Shown: positions 59,542 through 64,000 of the stretch, in pieces | Layout of the letters: every line of letters starts with the position of its first letter | Position numbering within the stretch: the stretch's first letter is position 1 | Source: a bacterium | Lineage (GTDB): Bacteria > Hinthialibacterota > Hinthialibacteria > Hinthialibacterales > Hinthialibacteraceae | NCBI GenBank assembly: GCA_963662285.2 | Contig: CAXXMV010000006.1 | Location: forward strand, 1,696,001 to 1,760,000 | Length of the DNA: 64,000 nucleotides | Reading direction: 5' to 3' | Notes under the pieces: generated by a model | What the model saw: only the letters and a program-made list of their open reading frames with translations | Told to the model about the DNA's origin: nothing | The model's database searches: none | Position numbers and translations under genes: made by a program

Positions 59542-60861
59542 TCAAATGGTTCTAGTTATAACGGCGATAACCATTGCCATTGATCCACCGATGAAGGTAT
59601 TGAGCAGATTCATCCATTCATTATTTACTTCGATGCCTTCATCCATCCAGTGTGCTCCAATATATGATTCAGCATAGAAGCCTATCCATCCACCTATGAT
59701 GACGGCTGGAACCAGATCCAGGGGAACTGCCTTTAATGCGAAACAGATGGCGGCGAAGATAATGATGCCGATCATTCCCGCCAGGGCGCCTTCAATGGAA
59801 ACGGCGCCGACCGTTCCGGGAGGTACGCGCCTGAAGGTAGTGGGCATAAAAGGATTTTTACCTATGACCTGTCCAATTTCGCTGGAAAGAGTGTCTCCCA
59901 ATGCAGTGGCGAAGGCGGCGCAGAAGAATAATGCGCATAGCACGTCAATCCCGTCGGTGGCGCCCATAGCGATTATGGCGAATAACGCCAGTAAACAGTT
60001 GGCCACAGCATGTTTGGCGCCGCGCCGGCCTTCTTCATCCTGCGCCCCGCCGAATTTCTCTTTTTCGCGATATCCATAACGGGTGGCGATGCTTGCAAAA
60101 AGGAAGAATACCCATAAGAGCAGGTAAAAACTCCAACCCGACATACCCAGCAGCACTGTACCGATAATCAGTCCTCCAACTACTCCAGTTGAAGACACCA
60201 GACCAATTAGCCAGGCCAGCCCGGCTGCTCCTGCGTTCATCAATAAACTGAGACCCCACCATGCTCCACTTATACTGGTGGAATCCGGGCAAATATTTAT
60301 GCTCCAAAAGAGTTTTATAAAAGCGGCGCCGATCAGGGTGACCACCAGATTATCATCCCAGGGAAGAGGAATGGTTTCGTAAACCGCTGTCAAAAATGAT
60401 GCGCAAACGGCTGTCAAGATTAAGTGCTTGATAGATGGGATGGGTCCGCACCATGCCAGCAATGCGAAAGCTCCCAGGCTGGCGAAAATGGTGAAGGCAG
60501 CCATTCCTCCAAATGATTTCTGAGGATTCCAGGGGATGCGGGCGATGGGTATGCGCTTGCCGATTAGATTGGAGAAACCATCGCCGCAAGCCAGAATGGC
60601 CCAGGCGGCGCAGGCCAGATTGAGGTCATTGGGGAAAAGAATGATTAGCAGCGCTATCATCAATGGATATAGAGCGATGCCTTGTTTAATGGTTTCCTTA
60701 TCTCTGAAAAGATGCTCAGCATACTTGGGCAGCAGAAAAACATTATGTACATAGGCGCAAATAGCGAAGAAAAAAGCCCAGGGCGCTGTCACGAATGGTA
60801 AACTGAAAGCAAAAGCCAGGGAGCCGATATGAACAAACTGCCGTATATCATCCCGTTTCAT
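59542..60861 (-). CDS. Fusion of a phytol/dolichol kinase-like (CTP-dependent) domain and a DUF92 domain
   Basis: N-terminal RQFVHI, ACGDGFSNLIG, PQKSFGG, ETIP..DDNL; C-terminal AQDEEGRRGAKHAVAN, ALGDTLSSEIGQ, RVPPGTVGAVSIEG, ESYIGA, NEWMNLLNT. Confidence 0.85.
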   Translation of the reverse strand: MKRDDIRQFVHIGSLAFAFSLPFVTAPWAFFFAICAYVHNVFLLPKYAEHLFRDKETIKQGIALYPLMIALLIILFPNDLNLACAAWAILACGDGFSNLIGKRIPIARIPWNPQKSFGGMAAFTIFASLGAFALLAWCGPIPSIKHLILTAVCASFLTAVYETIPLPWDDNLVVTLIGAAFIKLFWSINICPDSTSISGAWWGLSLLMNAGAAGLAWLIGLVSSTGVVGGLIIGTVLLGMSGWSFYLLLWVFFLFASIATRYGYREKEKFGGAQDEEGRRGAKHAVANCLLALFAIIAMGATDGIDVLCALFFCAAFATALGDTLSSEIGQVIGKNPFMPTTFRRVPPGTVGAVSIEGALAGMIGIIIFAAICFALKAVPLDLVPAVIIGGWIGFYAESYIGAHWMDEGIEVNNEWMNLLNTFIGGSMAMVIAVITRTI

Positions 60862-60937
60862 TCATTTTCCTTTCAAAAAAGCAGAAGCAAGAAGCAATTA
60901 ACGAAATATCTTTCTAGGTTAGCCGACGATGATGCTG

Positions 60938-61030
60938 TGATTCCTCCCCCAAGCCTGGGGGAGGTTAGGAGTGGGTTGAGTAGTTGAATGCAACCCCCCT
61001 CTAATTCCTCCCAAACTTGGTGGGAGAATT
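60938..61030. repeat. REP/REPIN-like element, family A copy 3 (inverted relative to 1163)
   Basis: The reverse complement aligns end to end with 1163-1256 except the central spacer. Confidence 0.85.
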
Positions 61031-61054
61031 CTATCATTAATGCTTTGTATCAGA

Positions 61055-62194
61055 TTACTGAACCAACATATCAATTAAAGGATATACATTATAGTATTTT
61101 TTAAACGCCTCGTATTCCTCTATACGCTTTTTCTGTTGAGAATTACCTTTACTAGCTCTGATTAACAGATTTTTGGGCGTCTCTTCCACAGAAACAAACT
61201 CACCGACAGTGACTGAATATCCATGAGCTTCCAGAAAAAGGGAGCGCAGCATATCGGTTAGTAAATCAGCGAAACGATGTTTGAAGAGACCATGATTCAA
61301 AGGATACATGGGAGCGCCGTCAATTTGTTTAGCCAGTTCGTGCTGACAACAGGGGGCGACGGCAATATACCGGGCTTTTTTGGCGACTCCAAGAGCCAAC
61401 GCTTCATCGGTGGCCGTATCACAGGCGTGGAGGCTGATAAGCAAGTCAACTTGTAAGGGAAGCGAGGCTTCACTGATCGACGCGCACTGAAACTTCATTT
61501 CTTTTAAATTTAGTTTATGAGCAATTTCATTGCATTGATCAATCCGGTCCTGCGCTATGTCTACACCATAAAAACGCGCTGGCATCTTTAATACTTTGCT
61601 TAAATACCAGAATAGAACAAAACTCAGATAGGATTTTCCACAGCCTAAATCAATTACAATCAACGGTTTATTCTTCAGTGGTTTAATGCTGGATTTTATG
61701 AGATCAAGGAAATGATTGACCTGTTTGAATTTCTTACGCATTGATGCTTTGATTTCACCATCCTGAGTCATCAGTCCGATGGCTTTCAACAGAGGCGCCG
61801 CCTGATGGGGATCAAGATGTACGGCTTTGCCCACCGCCCAGGCGGGGTTTTTTAAGACGCGGGGACGGTCTTCAATGGTCTCGCGGGTGATAGCGCCGTT
61901 TTTCAATCCAATGCGTTGAATATTTTCGGTAGATTCGATTAAGAGAGCGCCATTGTTATCTCGAAGAGCCGCTAAGGTTTTATCTATAGCATCTTCAGCG
62001 GAGATATGGATAGACTCTTCTGATCCAATCTGAGAGATAGTAATATTAGAATCTTCGCTAATATCAAGAGATAATAAAATGTTATCATTACTGCCGGATT
62101 CAACCGATAGGTGTAGCGGACCAGAATGATTATTGAGTGAATTCTGGATTATTGACCGGAAATATATTTCGTGAGAAGCTGTAAATTCATTCAT
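61055..62194 (-). CDS. SAM-dependent methyltransferase (Methyltransf_32-like)
   Basis: KFKQVNHFL, VIDLGCGKSYLSF, YGVD, SLHACDTATDEAL, VAPCCQHEL, TPKNLLIRA; TAATG coupling to pcm. Confidence 0.88.
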   Translation of the reverse strand: MNEFTASHEIYFRSIIQNSLNNHSGPLHLSVESGSNDNILLSLDISEDSNITISQIGSEESIHISAEDAIDKTLAALRDNNGALLIESTENIQRIGLKNGAITRETIEDRPRVLKNPAWAVGKAVHLDPHQAAPLLKAIGLMTQDGEIKASMRKKFKQVNHFLDLIKSSIKPLKNKPLIVIDLGCGKSYLSFVLFWYLSKVLKMPARFYGVDIAQDRIDQCNEIAHKLNLKEMKFQCASISEASLPLQVDLLISLHACDTATDEALALGVAKKARYIAVAPCCQHELAKQIDGAPMYPLNHGLFKHRFADLLTDMLRSLFLEAHGYSVTVGEFVSVEETPKNLLIRASKGNSQQKKRIEEYEAFKKYYNVYPLIDMLVQ

Positions 62195-62877
62195 TATAAA
62201 GAGTTCTCTATTGAATCAATATCATCGCATTGAGTCATGTCTTTGTTTCTGGAGATCAAGGGTACGAATACGCATTGAATTAAATCCTGGAACTTAAAAG
62301 AATCATTTTTTTTGGTGATTCTGGTAAGCGTCTGAATTTTAGATGAGCCGATGGGAACCAGCATGGTTCCACCATCGCTTAATTGTTCCAGCAGTAAATC
62401 AGGTGGTTTACTACTGGCGGCGGTTATGATTATTCTATCAAAAGGCGCTTGAGCGATCCATCCAGCCAAGCCATCGCTGACCTGGAAGAAGATATTGCTG
62501 CGATTGAGAGAAGCAACTGTTTCCTGTGCAAGACGGCTTAAAGAAGCATAGCGCTCAATGGTGTAGACTTCACGGCATAAATGGGAAAGAATAGCTGCCT
62601 GGTATCCTGATCCAGTACCAATCTCCAGGATGCGGTGATCTGGTTTACAATCCAGTTCATCAGTCATATAAGCGACCATAAATGGTTGTGATATAGTTGA
62701 GTATTCTTCATCAAGCATTATGGGGTGATCATCGTATGCTTTATGGCGTGATTCAACAGGAGTGAATATATGCCGGGGGACTCGCTGTATAACTTCAAGA
62801 ATGCGTGGATTAGTCACGCCGCGATTAACAATCTGCTCTTGAAGCATATTTAAGAGTTGCTTTTCGTAGTCTATCAT
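62194..62877 (-). CDS. pcm: Protein-L-isoaspartate O-methyltransferase
   Basis: VPRHIF, AYDD.P, TISQPFMVA.M, ILEIGTGSGYQAAILS, VYTIER, APFDRIIITAA, LLEQLSDGG, CVFVPLI. Confidence 0.95.
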   Translation of the reverse strand: MIDYEKQLLNMLQEQIVNRGVTNPRILEVIQRVPRHIFTPVESRHKAYDDHPIMLDEEYSTISQPFMVAYMTDELDCKPDHRILEIGTGSGYQAAILSHLCREVYTIERYASLSRLAQETVASLNRSNIFFQVSDGLAGWIAQAPFDRIIITAASSKPPDLLLEQLSDGGTMLVPIGSSKIQTLTRITKKNDSFKFQDLIQCVFVPLISRNKDMTQCDDIDSIENSL

Positions 62878-63042
62878 CGTTTATAATTTAACCCGGCTAA
62901 TCGATATATATACAAAAATCTTATTTTTTTGTTACTAAATGGCCTTTTCATCTACTGCGTCTGTCTGATTATGTTGAATTTCCCGATATGATGCCATTAT
63001 AGAGGATATTGCTTTCATATTAATATATATGTATAACGAATT

Positions 63043-64000
63043 ATGAATATAAATCAAAAAAAAGCCGCCGGGATTCTTTTATGCATTATCGGCTTCTGGT
63101 TTTATTGCCAGTCGTCATTGAATACGGGATACCAGTACGCCACGCGCAATGATTTCGCCCATCTCTATCTAGCTGGATATTTAGCTGAGAGAGGAGGGGA
63201 TTTCTTTGACGCCAATCTTCTGCTCAGAACCAGGCATCATTTACAGATTCAAACCGGCCTCAATCCCTACGTCTATCCACCTTTTTTCGCGATTTTATTG
63301 ATCCCCCTGAGCAAATTTTCTTATGATATGGCCTGGACATTGTTCACCCTGCTTAGTCACGCCGCTTATTTCGCTTCATTGGCTCTGTTGGTGCGCATGA
63401 TTCGTAGGGATGAGGATGAAAGTATATTCTGGTGGGGCATCCTGATGGCTTTGTCGGCCTGCTTCTATCCAATAACCAAGACCTATTCCGCCGGACAGAT
63501 GAATACATTCATGCTGCTGGTTATTACTGGCTCGGCGTATTTATTGAGTAAAAAACGTGATATGGAAGCAGGCGCCCTGATTGGATTGGGAGCGGCGATC
63601 AAAATTGCTCCTGCTTTTTTGTTGATCTATTGTTTGTGGAAGAGAAAATGGCTGGCCGCCGCGTCTGGCTTAGTTATTATACTTATCAGCATGATAATCT
63701 CCTTTTCAATGCTGGGCGTGGATATATACGGTGGTTTTCTAAATATGGCCAAGGATATGGGATATGGTTCATCAACCTGGGCTGAGTATAATCAGACCTA
63801 CCATATCGATCCCTATAATCAAGCGCCATCAGCTATGTGGTACAGGTTATGCGCCAGTACTGAAACGGCGCAATTCGGCGTCATTCAGGGAATTATGAAT
63901 GCGCCGGTTGCGGCCAAGGTTCTTTCTTATCTGACGGCTATGGTTATTCTGGCGCTTTTGTTAAGATCAACCCGGCGTTCGTCGGAATCATTTACCATCA
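63043..64000 (+). CDS. Glycosyltransferase family 87 (DUF2029, GT-C) protein, 3'-partial; absent from the ORF track
   Basis: Manual translation from ATG 63043: MNINQKK...NDFAHLYLAG...NPYVYPPFFAILLIPLS...AGQMNTFMLL...GAAIKIAPAFLL; appears open to the window end. Confidence 0.85.
   Translation, partial: MNINQKKAAGILLCIIGFWFYCQSSLNTGYQYATRNDFAHLYLAGYLAERGGDFFDANLLLRTRHHLQIQTGLNPYVYPPFFAILLIPLSKFSYDMAWTLFTLLSHAAYFASLALLVRMIRRDEDESIFWWGILMALSACFYPITKTYSAGQMNTFMLLVITGSAYLLSKKRDMEAGALIGLGAAIKIAPAFLLIYCLWKRKWLAAASGLVIILISMIISFSMLGVDIYGGFLNMAKDMGYGSSTWAEYNQTYHIDPYNQAPSAMWYRLCASTETAQFGVIQGIMNAPVAAKVLSYLTAMVILALLLRSTRRSSESFTI

Overview
This is a 64-kb chromosomal window from a moderately AT-rich diderm bacterium. 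The expanded prepilin family and W-E-L-x C-terminal tails suggest an OLB16/Hinthialibacteria- or Sumerlaeota-like lineage, but that is a tentative impression, not a database result. Housekeeping genes (trpF, acpS, cmk, aroA, dsbD, dus, csp, purA, dapL, tRNA-Glu, rnhA, tilS, pcm) are mixed with many secreted and surface proteins. Main points: (1) Five secreted proteins of three unrelated body types end in the same 9-residue tail, [TS]-[SND]-[VI]-x-x-W-[ES]-[LV]-[FYHQ]-stop, a candidate uncharacterised sorting signal. (2) Five dispersed solo GspG/pilin-like paralogues have a near-invariant N-terminal helix and variable heads; three sit directly beside W-tail genes. (3) Two large, otherwise unrelated adhesins (NHL-repeat; C-type lectin/LamG) share a ~320-aa C-terminal tandem module. 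(4) There are three GT-C-type membrane glycosyltransferase-like genes and a fused prenol-kinase/DUF92 gene. (5) A stand-alone IspG C-terminal Fe-S domain lies in an operon with a B12 radical SAM enzyme. (6) Several REP/MITE-like repeat families are present, including a nested element around a decayed RAYT (HUH) transposase. Four consecutive genes at 2.6-8.2 kb are broken by indels, most likely consensus errors. No CRISPR array, rRNA, prophage or intact transposase was seen. All alignments were done by eye and no searches were run.
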